A stretch of 63,109 bases of DNA, the filler included, from Asterionella formosa (Eukaryota): assembly GCA_002256025.1 (NCBI GenBank). It is 23 parts of 23 records of this genome, joined end to end, with 100 filler letters (N's around TTAATTAATTAA, not from the genome) between each part and the next. Parts side by side here need not be neighbours in the genome. Positions count along the whole stretch, not along the records: positions 48,264 to 49,410 come from NKIB01004053.1; positions 49,511 to 50,657 come from NKIB01004054.1; positions 50,758 to 51,904 come from NKIB01004056.1; positions 52,005 to 53,150 come from NKIB01004057.1; positions 53,251 to 54,396 come from NKIB01004058.1; positions 54,497 to 55,641 come from NKIB01004060.1; positions 55,742 to 56,886 come from NKIB01004061.1; positions 56,987 to 58,131 come from NKIB01004062.1; 15 more parts are not named here. One strand, 5' to 3'. Each line of letters opens with the position of its first letter. The stretch's first letter is position 1. Of the stretch, positions 48,164 through 60,723 are shown piece after piece. The notes under the pieces were generated by a model, which saw nothing but the letters and a program-made list of their open reading frames with translations, did no database searches and was not told the DNA's origin. Both the position numbers and the translations under genes were made by a program.

Positions 48164-50059
48164 NNNNNNNNNNNNNNNNNNNNNNNNNNNNNNNNNNNNN
48201 NNNNNNNTTAATTAATTAANNNNNNNNNNNNNNNNNNNNNNNNNNNNNNNNNNNNNNNNNNNNTGAAATACCAAGGCAGCCATCACATTGCTCAAGAGCA
48301 ACATCAACATTTTCTCTTGTAATTAAAGATTGCAGAAGATATCGATTTTTCGCTCAACCATCCAATCTTTTCATCATCTTCATCCATATACGTGACATCT
48401 CTAATGCATACTTCCAGCCAACAGCTTGCTCCTCACTTTTGACATTCTCAAAACTGATGTCATGATTGTCTACATAGAAAATTTAATGCACCAATTTTAT
48501 TCCTAGCTCATCTCGGTCCTCTCATACTAGCTATGCCATCATAAACACTAAGCAAAAGCTGCAGTGCAAAGCGGACCCCAGTTAGGATGGCTGCTTGTTT
48601 TGTTTCCTTTCGCTTTTGTATCTGCTCTGTCAAATTAACTCCACTCCTTGCACTCTCTCGATGTCTGTGTTCAAAAATTGAATCGGTCAGTATTCCAGAT
48701 ATTACGGCTGGTAGAAAGGTTCAAATAATGAGGGAGTATATATGTATTGCCAATGAAGTAAAACAATTTGAGTTATCTTGGCTGGGGAGAACTTCCCCCA
48801 TAGCTGCTTTTGTTGTATGTGACCATGGCATCTTTGTTGTTCAACTTGTGAATCATATAGTAACCTTTCTTGTTTGTTAACCAAGGGAGAATCACTCACC
48901 TTTCTTTATTCAACGATTTCTTTGACAGCCCCTCCTGCCCTGTAGGGCAAAATGCCATTATTATTTACCCTCTGAACCTCCAATTTGGACACAATGTTTG
49001 TGAGTATGAGAGTCATTGCCTCCCTATCAGAGATGGAATATTTTGGTTCTTTCCTCTTTGTTGTTGGCATCAACATGATGTTTGTGGACAAAACATAATG
49101 GATTATGTATCATTAGCCTGGTGCACAGTTTATTGCATGTTGTGTGACAATTCATCAATTAATTCATTTGGTATACTGTGCCAGTATTGACAATTAATTC
49201 TACCCCCAATACTACCATTTCTTGCCGTAGTGAAAGCTAGTGCACTAGTAGTTTACTAGCATGACATACAAAGCATGCACTGGAGTATGGTCTCGATCAT
49301 TTTTGGCTTGGCAGTACATGTCAAATATCGCCTGTATGTAAATAGCCACAATATACCGGTTTATGCATGCTATCACATCATGCATGCGAAAATAAAATGA
49401 ATTCAGAATGNNNNNNNNNNNNNNNNNNNNNNNNNNNNNNNNNNNNNNNNNNNNTTAATTAATTAANNNNNNNNNNNNNNNNNNNNNNNNNNNNNNNNNN
49501 NNNNNNNNNNAATATACTACCAAAACGAGATAACAAATTCTACCAAAAATTCTACATGGTAGAATTTTGACCTGTTACATACCTCATACTGACCACGTAA
49601 ATATTTGCCAATACCTTGGAGGTATTTTCTGTCCTCACTAGAAGACTACCAAGGCCTACGAGAAAATACTACCTTGGTAGAATTTCGGGACTATTATAGA
49701 CATACTTTAAGGCATTAAACAATAGACTGCTTGTTCTTTACGCGAATAAAAACTTTGCATCGCGGAAATGATCACGAACTCCCCTGACTGACGTTTTATG
49801 CATTTTCCGACACTTTTATGCAAAAAATGTATTCTTTCTTATTATCGACATCAGAAGCAACTCTAGCAACCACTCAGTCTCATGTCAACTGTCTCTCGCT
49901 CATATCCACTTCGGCTTCGACAATGCAGGTCTGACAGTATCAGGAAGCCTTGCTCCCAAGTTTATCTCAACCACTGACCCTGTTCCACAGTCATTTATTC
50001 TAAAGCCTCCCCATATACCTTACTCATCCCAGATTGCAGGTATACAGAACCTAATCAGA

Positions 50060-50262
50060 TCAAATGTTGAACATTGTCAGGCTTGGAGTCTTCTCTATAC
50101 AAAGTTCAGTCACAATATCCAGGTCTTTGTTGATGGGATAACCCCCTTGGCCACACCTGTCACACTGAGAGGACTAGCAGCAGGATTATCAATTGAAGGT
50201 CAAGGCAAGGTCAGATGGATGGTTCCAGCAGTTGATTGTACTCTCCATTGTCTTGAGCTATC
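50060..50262 (+). mobile_element. Copia protease-region remnant
   Basis: FVDGITPLATPVTLRGLAAGLSIEGQGKVRW resembles the region after the catalytic Asp in CoDi proteases. Short and isolated. Confidence 0.45.
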
Positions 50263-52004
50263 AACAAGAAGCTCTCTGTAGTACTTCAGTGTTTCATCAT
50301 TCCAGCAAAACGTCAACCCATTGACTCAGCATGAACTATTTCCATTAAGGTTATTGCGTCCCTTTGCAGATCCGCCAATCAAAACAATTTCTTCATAGGT
50401 AGTGGCGTTAAGGAACTGTTCAGGAATATCAGTATCTTCATCCAGATACTGAAAATTTTTCAGGGTGCTGCTAACTAGAAATATAACGCGAACACTTAGG
50501 AAAGTATAGGCCTCCTCTGTGCTGGGATGAATGTAAGTCCATAATATTTGTCTTTGGATTATCAGTGACTGGTGAATTGTCACTCCTTCCTTGAATGGGT
50601 GGATAAAAAGGCGGAACCTTCTGCTTGTTACCAGGAGAAAACAGTTCTGACAAAATANNNNNNNNNNNNNNNNNNNNNNNNNNNNNNNNNNNNNNNNNNN
50701 NTTAATTAATTAANNNNNNNNNNNNNNNNNNNNNNNNNNNNNNNNNNNNNNNNNNNNGCCCTTCCAACTTGTCGCAAAACAGCGAGGCGAAAGAATCCAT
50801 CGTTGCTTAGAGTATTGTGAGTAAAAGTAAAAAATATGCTGATCGCAACGCCACAATCGATCCTGGTTGGTAGCAATGCTATCCCTCGGATGATTGCGAC
50901 GAAAGCAATGCTCGATTCGTGATGATTTCCCGTCAAAGTTTTAGGTTCATTTATATTCAATACGAAATATACGGTTTACAATAGAGTATATAATGATACC
51001 TATGTATGACCTGTTGACACAATACCACCAGATGCTGGGTACTGGTACCCTGGTTCTGGTACCACCCAGGTAGACTGCTTGCTAGCCAAGAATGCTGGTT
51101 CACTCCTTAGCATCATGGCGTTCATGTTTGCGTACCGGTACGATCTCTACATATTCATTTGGATGCACAGACCGATGTACAAAGAGGAAGATTTTTTCAA
51201 CGGCTGCTTTTTCAACGGTTGCTATGCCATGTATGCTACATACCGGTATACCGGTACCAGATACCAAGGGTACCCTGGTAGCATTCGTCAAACTACTTAC
51301 GGTACCAGGTACTGGTATATGCACCTGTTTTATTTACCGCTAGACTAAGACATACCGGTAGTATTATCTCTTATCACTATTATACTGCGGTATGATTCCT
51401 AGTATCCTCAGCTTTTGAAACCAGGAACTACCGGTAGGTAATCTAGTGACCGGTATTGCATTGCTCATCAATCTTTACTGCTTGCTTTCAATTCGTCTAC
51501 CGGTACATTCTACATAGTCTTCTATGCAGTTCTTTGGGATCATGAACTGCTAGACGAGGCTACCTAGCACATGCAAAGTGGTCGTATTACCCGGGACAGG
51601 ACCTGGTACCAGGTACCAGGCAGTTTTACCAAGTGGTATACCGGGATACCAGATACGATTGATATCGAGAAGGATACCAGTGTACATGTATATACTGTAT
51701 GTAGGGTTCGGATTTTGTTTTCTCCCGTGCGTCGTTTTTTAATACCGGGTAATAATTAGCTAATACAGTACCAGGTCCCGTCGGATTTTCTTGCTTTTTC
51801 GGCGTAATAACTTCACGAGCGAACTACCACAATTTGAAAGAAAAAGCGACCACATGCATGAGGTGTCAAATGCATGTCATAATAATGTTGGAATCGACCT
51901 AATANNNNNNNNNNNNNNNNNNNNNNNNNNNNNNNNNNNNNNNNNNNNTTAATTAATTAANNNNNNNNNNNNNNNNNNNNNNNNNNNNNNNNNNNNNNNN
52001 NNNN

Positions 52005-52398
52005 CGAAACAAAACGACAGTGCGTAACGACAAACAACGATGGAAGCGATCAAAACAAACCACGGAAGCAATCAAATCGGAAAGTCGATAAATACGATCT
52101 ACAATCCACATTCAGTATTTCACTGTTGTACTCACCGATCCGCTTCAACTAGCATAACAAGCAGCAGATGATGGGATAAAAGAAAGACGAACTTTGCCTA
52201 TTGCAAGCCCGAATAGAGCAAAGGCAGGCAAGATAGAGTGAGAACTATATTTGTGAGGACGAAATCGGGCATACAGTACGTAAAATCAATGAATATTTGA
52301 ATGATATAATTCAACATTTCAGGTCTCGTAAAAATAATACCAAGTCTACAGAGATAATATTATAACGTGTGCAAAGTAAGCGTTAAAGCATAGCTTAA
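52005..52398 (+). mobile_element. Repeat family R1 copy (3' part)
   Basis: Colinear with 17434-17817 and ends at the same AGCTTAA. Confidence 0.75.
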
Positions 52399-53250
52399 AC
52401 CATGCATGGTTGTTTTTAGTACCACGTATGTATGTAGACTACTAGATGACTGCCGGTACCGGTAGAATATCCGTTAAGCATCATTACATACATGACCGGA
52501 GCAAAAACTTGCCACCAACATCAGATGTATCGAAATCATCACTCGTCCGACAAAATATGGACATCTGTTAGGCAAAGAATCGCTACTGGCGTCATCACTG
52601 AACTGATTTCGCTTCAAACCGGTCATGATGGATGATGATTGGCATGGTGAAAGGTGAATTGCCGGAGTCCACTTTTCAGGAGACAAACAAAAACGAGGTA
52701 AATTCTAGATATAAATTATTAGAATCTGTGTAGTATATAAAATGGTTTCCTTAAGTAGACCCCTTGCTGATTTCGGCAATCCCAGGGCTGGAAAACCGAG
52801 GGGCAATGGCATCTGTTGTCTTGCCAAAATGCGAACATATGAAATAAACAAAATATATTTTAATGATGGGCAATATCGGACCTTTGGCAAATTTCGATGT
52901 GAAGATAGGAAATATGCAAAATATATTTTATATGATGGGCAATAGTAGGCTAAAATTGACATTTATGCTAAATTTGTGGGCAGTAGGTAAGTGAATGATG
53001 TGACCATAGCTAGAGCGGGAATTGCCTCAACAATACCCTTCTCGGCGGATACTTGCCTTCTCGTATACATGTGTACTCGCAGGCAAGAGACCACCTCGGG
53101 CATGTATTGCCTTCAGCAACACTACAATCAACAGATCAGCAGGGGCAAGANNNNNNNNNNNNNNNNNNNNNNNNNNNNNNNNNNNNNNNNNNNNTTAATT
53201 AATTAANNNNNNNNNNNNNNNNNNNNNNNNNNNNNNNNNNNNNNNNNNNN

Positions 53251-54380
53251 CAAGGAATGCCACATGCGACGAGATGATTTACTGTTCCTTCATTGCTACT
53301 TTTCTAGTAAATCATGGAAATCAAGAAAGATGGAGATTAAGGCTATGCTGGATGGTGTGGTTGCAAGAAAGGTTGCTCAATACATTTCCGACAATGAAGA
53401 CAGAATGAAAGTTTGTATGAAAGATATCAGTGTGAATGCTATTGTTAAAGCAATGTCAGAACTTGTACTGGAAAGTACAAAGTCGTCAATCTGTTCTTAC
53501 CCTGTACAAATTATGAAGTCCCCTCGTCTGAGTGAGAATCCAGCCAACATTTCGCCAGCGAAAGTATTCAAGCTTCAATGGCTGCCGACTGTCTCACTGC
53601 ATCCCTACTATGCACCTGGAGACAGATTGGTACCTCAAGTGAACTCGAAAGCAAGCTCTGTTTCTGTTGCTCCGAAAGTCTATAGGGGGTCATCTTATGA
53701 TAGTCCTATCATGCATACTGATTACTGGGTGGATTACAGGCCAGCCAAGGAATGCCACATGCGACGAGATGATTTACTGTTCCTTCATTGCTACTTTTCT
53801 AGTAAATCATGGAAATCAAGAAAGATGGAGATTAAGGCTATGCTGGATGGTGTGGTTGCAAGAAAGGTTGCTAAATACATTTCCGACAATGAAGACAGAA
53901 TGTAAGTTTGTATGAAAGATATCAGTGTGAATGCTATTGTTAAAGCAATGTCAGAACTTGTACTGGAAAGTACAAAGTCGTCAATCTGTTCTTACCCTGT
54001 GCAATTTATGAAGTCCCCTCGTCTAAGTGAGAATCCAGCCAACATTTTGCCAGCAAAAGTATTCAAGCTTCAATGGCTGCCGACTGTCTCACTGCATCCC
54101 TACTATGCACCTGGAGACGGATTGGTACCTCAAGTGAACTCGAAAGCAAGCTCTGTTTCTGTTGCTCCGAAAGTCTATAGGGGGTCATCTTATGATAGTC
54201 CTATCATGCATACTGATTACTGGGTGGATTACAGGCCAGCCAAGGAATGCCACATGCGACGAGATGATTTACTGTTCCTTCATTGCTACTTTTCTAGCAA
54301 ATCATGGAAATCAAGAAAGATGGAGATTAAGGCTATGCTGGATGGTGTGGTTGCAAGAAAGGTTGCTCAATACATTTCCG
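53251..54380 (+). repeat. 495-bp (165-codon) in-frame coding tandem repeat, 2.3 units visible
   Basis: CAAGGAATGCCACATGCG at 53251, 53746 and 54241. Units are nearly identical and one frame is open throughout except an AAA>TAA change at 53903. Confidence 0.9.
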
Positions 54381-54496
54381 AATTTCGCTTATGATTNNNN
54401 NNNNNNNNNNNNNNNNNNNNNNNNNNNNNNNNNNNNNNNNTTAATTAATTAANNNNNNNNNNNNNNNNNNNNNNNNNNNNNNNNNNNNNNNNNNNN

Positions 54497-54812
54497 GCCT
54501 GGCAGTTGCCGTTCTTGCAACTGAACTAGTAGGAGCACGTGAAAAATCGTTGTTGTTCCTTGATGGGGACTGAGTAACCCCAGAAACACCAATCTGAGAA
54601 ACACCTGGGACACCCATCCTACTGTCCTCATCGTTGCTGGCAAACTCTTCAGCACCAGTGTCATCTTCATTCTCGTTGTCTTCCTCCTCCTCCTCTTCTT
54701 CTGGTTGATTCTGTTGTTGTTCTTGTTGGTGACGGCGACGTTCAAGCAGCCTTGGAGAGGAAGGGAAGCCCTCCCTGGCTGCTCTCCTTTGACCAGAAGA
54801 AGATGAAGGCAT
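54497..54812 (-). CDS. 5' fragment of an acidic, low-complexity protein (possibly a TE accessory ORF)
   Basis: ATG-initiated and open to the contig end. Q/E/D-rich. No recognisable domain. Confidence 0.45.
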
Positions 54813-55014
54813 GGTCGAAATCTAAAAGCGATGACGATCGATGTATTGAGGAGATTGATTGATATGTACCGGTATGCAATATGCATACCTATTTTGGCAA
54901 GAGCAAGCCATTTTGAGTATGAGCAAGCAAGTCTTGAAATATTCCGGAAAATTCTATATAGTCATTCATGCCTAAACATCTTTTATATAATGCACGGTTA
55001 TTTATAACTGTAAA

Positions 55015-55192
55015 AAATTTGTGTTTGTGTTGACCATATTAGGTGCTTACCAGGTTTGCCAAATTTGGTCAACACAAACACAAATTTTGGGGTTATGGGT
55101 ACAACGATTTGTGTTATAATACACATGATATAATAATGGGCGCGCTCTGATATTAAAAAATTATTATATCATGTGTATATTATAACACAAAT
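55015..55192. repeat. Two adjacent long inverted repeats (hairpins)
   Basis: Perfect 22-bp arms at 55015-55036 / 55066-55087. ~31-bp arms at 55107-55137 / 55160-55192 with a 2-nt bulge. Confidence 0.85.
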
Positions 55193-55882
55193 TATTTTGG
55201 CGGTTTGATACATAATAACGTCGTTGCGCTGCTCTGATAATCAAGATATTTTAGATTAGTCATCTGACATTTTATATATATTTAACTTTAATTTAAAACA
55301 GTTATAGTTTCATAGCGATGCATCCTCTTGCGTGTTATGTGGCATCTTGTTAATTGTCCACATGAGTTCCATAATTTCACCAAGCAATGTCAGTCACTGA
55401 CCAGCAGCATGTCGACTTACCTCTCATCTCCTGATGACAAGGATGATGCCATGAGTGAAGTTAAAACATGAGACATAGACATGGAAATTTCAGCTTTTCT
55501 CAAGAAACAAGCCCTTGATAGTCAAATCAGGCCAACAGAACTTTCACAATGAGGTATTGCTCTCCAAGAGCGACTTTTCACTCCAAAATGAAGACAGTCA
55601 GAGGTACTCCTTGCATCGTTTGTTTGCCCATGCTACTATGGNNNNNNNNNNNNNNNNNNNNNNNNNNNNNNNNNNNNNNNNNNNNTTAATTAATTAANNN
55701 NNNNNNNNNNNNNNNNNNNNNNNNNNNNNNNNNNNNNNNNNTCGTGCAGGTGAATGATGGATTCGATTTTCAAACTCCGTCATACTCAAGTACACTATTT
55801 GGTCAAAAATTAAGCATAACAAAAAGTGAATTGGCACCTTGAGGAAAAAACCAGGTACTTTTAGTCGTGAATAAACTTGACA

Positions 55883-56886
55883 CTAAGAATTGATTCGCTC
55901 CCACCGTGAGTTAATGAATTGAATTCCGCACCCCATAACTGCCTCTCCAGTAGTAGGGTATGCATGAATATTCCGTCCAATTCCCCGGAGTCCAATATTG
56001 TGCCGCATAGCCAAAGTCACTTCATTTATCATTTCACCAGCCCGTGCTGCTACCAGCGTCGCCCCTATAATCTCGTCAGTGCCCTTTTTGCAGAAAATCT
56101 TACAAAAGCCTCGATTGTCACTTTCTAGTATTGCCCGATCGTTGTGTTCCAATCCTGCTCGGTAGACGTCCACAGCAATGCCCCTCTTGTCGGCTTGGTC
56201 TTGAGAAGCAATACCTACAGTTGCATATTCTGGTTCCGTGTACATTACTGCAGGTACTACAAAGTCACTGAGCTTCCAAGTATCATTGAACAATGCATTT
56301 TGCACCACTTGCTTTGCCATTTCGCCACTCATATGCGTCAGTCTAGGAACTCCTGCCACGCAATCACCAACAGCATATATATTGGGGTTACTGACTGACT
56401 GAGCAAGATTATTCACAATGACACCCTTTCCAAGCTCAAAGTCAACACCAGCCTTATCTAGACCAACATCTTCAACATTGGCAATACGACCAGTAGCGAC
56501 AAGTAGGCATTCGCAGTCCAAATCCACAATGTCTCCTCCCACCGAGGGTGTAACCAAAACTTTCATCAATGGAAGGTTATCTTCCTTCCTCTCACGCATA
56601 GTCTTAACTTCACTGATTGTCCCAGATATAAAAGAAACCCCATCCTCTTTTTCCAAAATCGATTTCAATAGCTCAGCAGCTTCCTTATCGCCTTGTTGGG
56701 TTTCGAAAAGCCGGGTGGATCGTTGTATCACAGTCACTTTGGAACCAAATCTACTAAAAGTCTGAGCCATTTCCAAAGCAATAACTCCAGCTCCCAAAAT
56801 GACCATGCGCGGAGGAAGTGTCTCGAGATTGAAAAGTATTTCATTGGTGGTGTAGGGCGCATGCTTCAATCCTGGAACATTTGGGA
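55883..56886 (-). CDS. Pyridine nucleotide-disulfide oxidoreductase (MerA/dihydrolipoamide-dehydrogenase-like), 5'-partial
   Basis: NAD(P)-binding VILGAGVIALEMAQ, LVATGR, FAD-binding YAVGDC, YTEPEYATVG and dimer-domain IHAYPTTGE. Frame is open to the contig edge. Confidence 0.92.
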
Positions 56887-57377
56887 NNNNNNNNNNNNNN
56901 NNNNNNNNNNNNNNNNNNNNNNNNNNNNNNTTAATTAATTAANNNNNNNNNNNNNNNNNNNNNNNNNNNNNNNNNNNNNNNNNNNNTAATCACCAGAGTC
57001 GAAAATTTATGACTTGTGCTGAGGTGAGTAGCTAGTTACTAATAAAAGTATTAACATCTAAGTAATTTGATAGAAATCAATCTAACATTTCTAATATACA
57101 GTATTTGGCTATATAGTTATAGCCAAATAATGTTGACAACAGTCCGTCATTAAAATATTTTGGGGGAGTAAAGCGTCTTAAACATGTCAATATCACATTT
57201 CCAACAAGAATTGACAACCAGCTCAAGTGATGATATATACGTTCTATGGCTGCTACAGATTATTTAGTAAACTTTATAGTATGCTAGCTATTGTTAAAGA
57301 CCTCGACATTGTGGAGTTATGAAGTCATACTACCCCCCACCCCCAACTGAGGTCATTTTTAGTTTTGTGAATTGCTT

Positions 57378-58131
57378 AAGGCAAGACACGCCAAGGTAGT
57401 CTCTTTCCTGCGAGTATAGACTACATGTGTTCGAGGCTGAGTGGCGTGAGTAGGTTGACCATACAAGTGGCGCCAAGAAGGTCACGTGCCATCCCAGCCA
57501 AGTACACGTGTATACGAGAAGGCATGTAGCCATCAAGAAGAGTATTGTTGAGGCAATTCCTGCTCCAGCTATCGTCTTGCCAATCGGGTACTTCTAAGTA
57601 ATTTTTAGGTTTTAAGTAATTTGTTAAGTAATTTTTATATAAGGGCAATATGGGGCACATCGATGTTTTCGGCATTAAAATTGTCAATTTTAGCATGACA
57701 GCAAGAATAATGGTAAAATACATAGAAAGGGTACAAAAAGCAGCGTAAAACACACAGGAATGATTGTAACATGCAACATCGATGAAAATTAAACATGATG
57801 TTTGGAGCAACCAAATTAAGAAATGCGGTGTAATAAGTAGCGTCAAATGAGAAATAGAAGAAATTGTTTTGGGTTAGAAATGAAGTAAAAAATAGGAGTT
57901 TCAATGGAGATGTATGCATTGTTGTAGCACTTACACAGGCAACGATGACTTTCCATCACACCATCGAAGAGCGAAATGAAACAGATAAGAAGAAAAAAGC
58001 AAGCTCATTCCATTCCAATCCATTCTGATTGAGTGTGATCGCCAGGCTGCTCCAGCACTATCGACTCCCTCTAGCTGAAAATACGTAGCTTGTGATATGA
58101 ACTCATAGTAGAAATGAAGCAAATCGCGTTA
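57378..58131 (+). mobile_element. Repeat family R1 copy (5' part)
   Basis: Matches 18200-18363, 16770-17290, 20155-20706 and, inverted, 53003-53113. Confidence 0.75.
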
Positions 58132-58231
58132 NNNNNNNNNNNNNNNNNNNNNNNNNNNNNNNNNNNNNNNNNNNNTTAATTAATTAANNNNNNNNNNNNN
58201 NNNNNNNNNNNNNNNNNNNNNNNNNNNNNNN

Positions 58232-58410
58232 AGGAAGGGGACACGTCACTTCCAAACTTCTCGAGACCTTTCTTACCATCTCCAGCCACACCCAAATGGC
58301 CATCACCTCCATCGAATTCATCTCCAAAGTCAGCATATTTGTCCCACTTTGCAGGTCCAAAACGATCAATATCTTCCTTCTTTTGATTGGTAACTTCTTT
58401 CTTGGTTCCT
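58232..58410 (-). CDS. Fragment of a hypothetical protein containing a FDGGDG.LGVAGDG motif
   Basis: Protein-like Gly/Asp-rich stretch KWDKYADFGDEFDGGDGHLGVAGDGKKGLEKFG, open to the contig edge. Upstream context is unclear (exon or pseudogene fragment). Confidence 0.45.
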
Positions 58411-58582
58411 TCAATGTGAAGGCAGAAACAGTTGTGATTCTCATGATGCCATACATGTATATTTCGTGTCAAGGAAAAGATTTTTTGTGGATCGCACCAC
58501 AGGATGAGGCCAGCAAAGGATTGTTGGTACATTTACCGGTGTGTACTACCATTGTACCGGTACCAAGTACCAGGTAGTTCAA

Positions 58583-58854
58583 TGACAAGACAGCAACATC
58601 GCTCAAATTGCGGGAAAAACTAACTAATTCCCAAATGGGAATCATAATATTTCATTTATATAACTAGTCTAATAGAAATATTTTACTTTTTTTATAATGG
58701 TTTTGTCATCCTACGTCACAGTAGATGGGTGGTTGACAGCATTTAGGATTTCCCAAAAACCGATAGCATCGTTTTTTCGTCAGTTGACCAAAACCAAAAC
58801 CAATCCAAAAAAAAGTTTTTGGGTTTTGGTTTGGGTCAACGGTTAGCAACGGCC
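58583..58854. mobile_element. Terminus of a PIF/Harbinger-like DNA transposon (second copy)
   Basis: Near-identical to 19880-20154. Ends AGCAACGGCC followed by TTA. Confidence 0.6.
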
Positions 58855-58969
58855 TTATGCGTCATATCATGCCCATCATGGCGTATAATTGATATAAAAG
58901 TAAGAAAGGGTACCGGTACTACATCTTCGTTCCAGGATGCCGGTACCAGTATGTTAAAGTATTACCTTT

Positions 58970-59372
58970 TGTATAGATCTATATCGTTAGACAAAGAAGA
59001 CTATAGATAGAGACGTTCGTTTCTCTTTCCGTTTCTATATTCTTATTGTGAGTTTACTAATCTAGTTTAGGTTGTTCTGTTTGAACAAAACAAACGAACT
59101 ATTCTCCAAATGCTGTTTGCATTTCTAGGAACATACAATCATAGATAGACCCATGTCTATCTCACACTTACTGATCATAGGTATTTAACCATGATCATTC
59201 ATTTCAAACTATCGGTCTTCCGAAATAGCTTATATTGTCCGGCTCATTGTAGTCGGAGTAGCAAAGTATAATGTGTGGTTGATGAGAGCTTGGTACATCA
59301 AAGTGGACTCATTCGAATCGTTTGACTCGTTTGACTCCGAGTCCTAACTACGTAGATGAGCTCACTTTAACA
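58970..59372 (-). repeat. Possible LTR
   Basis: Bounded by TG...CA. On the minus strand it is preceded by purines (AGAG) at the contig edge, like a PPT. No second copy confirms it. Confidence 0.25.
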
Positions 59373-59476
59373 CTCTNNNNNNNNNNNNNNNNNNNNNNNN
59401 NNNNNNNNNNNNNNNNNNNNTTAATTAATTAANNNNNNNNNNNNNNNNNNNNNNNNNNNNNNNNNNNNNNNNNNNN

Positions 59477-60621
59477 TTTACACATGGAACATTCAAGCTC
59501 CTAACTATACAGATACGGAAATATGCTGTTATGGCTGAAGTCATCCAGCACCATTCTATATGTAATGGTCTATTGAAGAAACTGACTCCATGGGATATCG
59601 ATAAACTCCAACCGACTTCAAAATTTTGGTCGTCAAAACTTAAAACAGGATTGAAATGGAACTAGTCCATTTGTATGGTTACCTATGCATACATCAACAA
59701 ACTTTTGCATCAATGAAAGCATTGTTAGTTGCAGATACACGCATGAGTTATCCTGATCGTAATTTTCCTTTCCATATTTTTTGCTAATGTTTCTGATTTT
59801 CAATTAAGAAACTTTCAAAGAATTTCGCTCTATGTCATTGAATGCGGTTCTACATGTTCACACTGAACATCATATTTTTATCTTTATTACCCTACACAGA
59901 AACTCAGCGTGTTCTCCGGTGGAGGATTTATATTGAAGAATATCTTCTCACTTTTCACAATATGAAGGGTACTGATGATGTCAAATATTACAGATTCTAT
60001 CTCTCGCCTCCCGAGGCTTGAGTCTTTGGTGGGGGATGATATTGGACCGAAATCTTCAGCATCAACATCCATTTCTACTTTCTCAATTGAAGTAGATGAT
60101 GAACCTTTGTTTACCTGTTCCCTCAATCATCCAATTTTGGCAGACAATATTCAATATCCTCTGGAATATTACTCAATACATGATAGACAATTGCTGGATA
60201 TACAATTGATTCTCAATCAAACAACTCATCTCATTCTCAATCAACAAACCAAACACATCCGTTAAATTTTCCCTCTATCAATTTTCATCATATACATTTA
60301 ATGTATTTTGTGAAGAATCCAGGAGATACTTGATGTATTGTTATTCCTACATCACTATCGAATCCTATTATTTATTGGTATCATCAGATGTTAGCTCATG
60401 TGGGTATGACAAGATGAAATGCCACAGTTTCTACACATTTTTACTATCCTCCATTAAAAGCAAGAGTGGAACATATTGCAAGCATATATGAAATATTTCA
60501 AAACGTACAAAATTACCTGATGCTTGGTTTTGGTGAACTTTCACCAAGGAATGCATTGTTATTACAATGCTCAGAAGTCACAGTGGATTTCATTGGTCCA
60601 TGGAAGATAACAGTGACTGCA
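59477..60621 (+). mobile_element. Degenerate Ty3/Gypsy pol fragment; reverse-complement twin of 23535-24683
   Basis: Same motifs and the same contig ends. Differs by a few substitutions and one 4-bp indel. Confidence 0.85.
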
Positions 60622-60723
60622 NNNNNNNNNNNNNNNNNNNNNNNNNNNNNNNNNNNNNNNNNNNNTTAATTAATTAANNNNNNNNNNNNNNNNNNNNNNN
60701 NNNNNNNNNNNNNNNNNNNNNTG

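Noticed and set aside
23535..60621. Giant 1.15-kb terminal inverted repeats bounding a 37-kb element (Polinton-like)
   Set aside because: The two arms are separate contigs of a Gypsy pol remnant. Their position and orientation are arbitrary.
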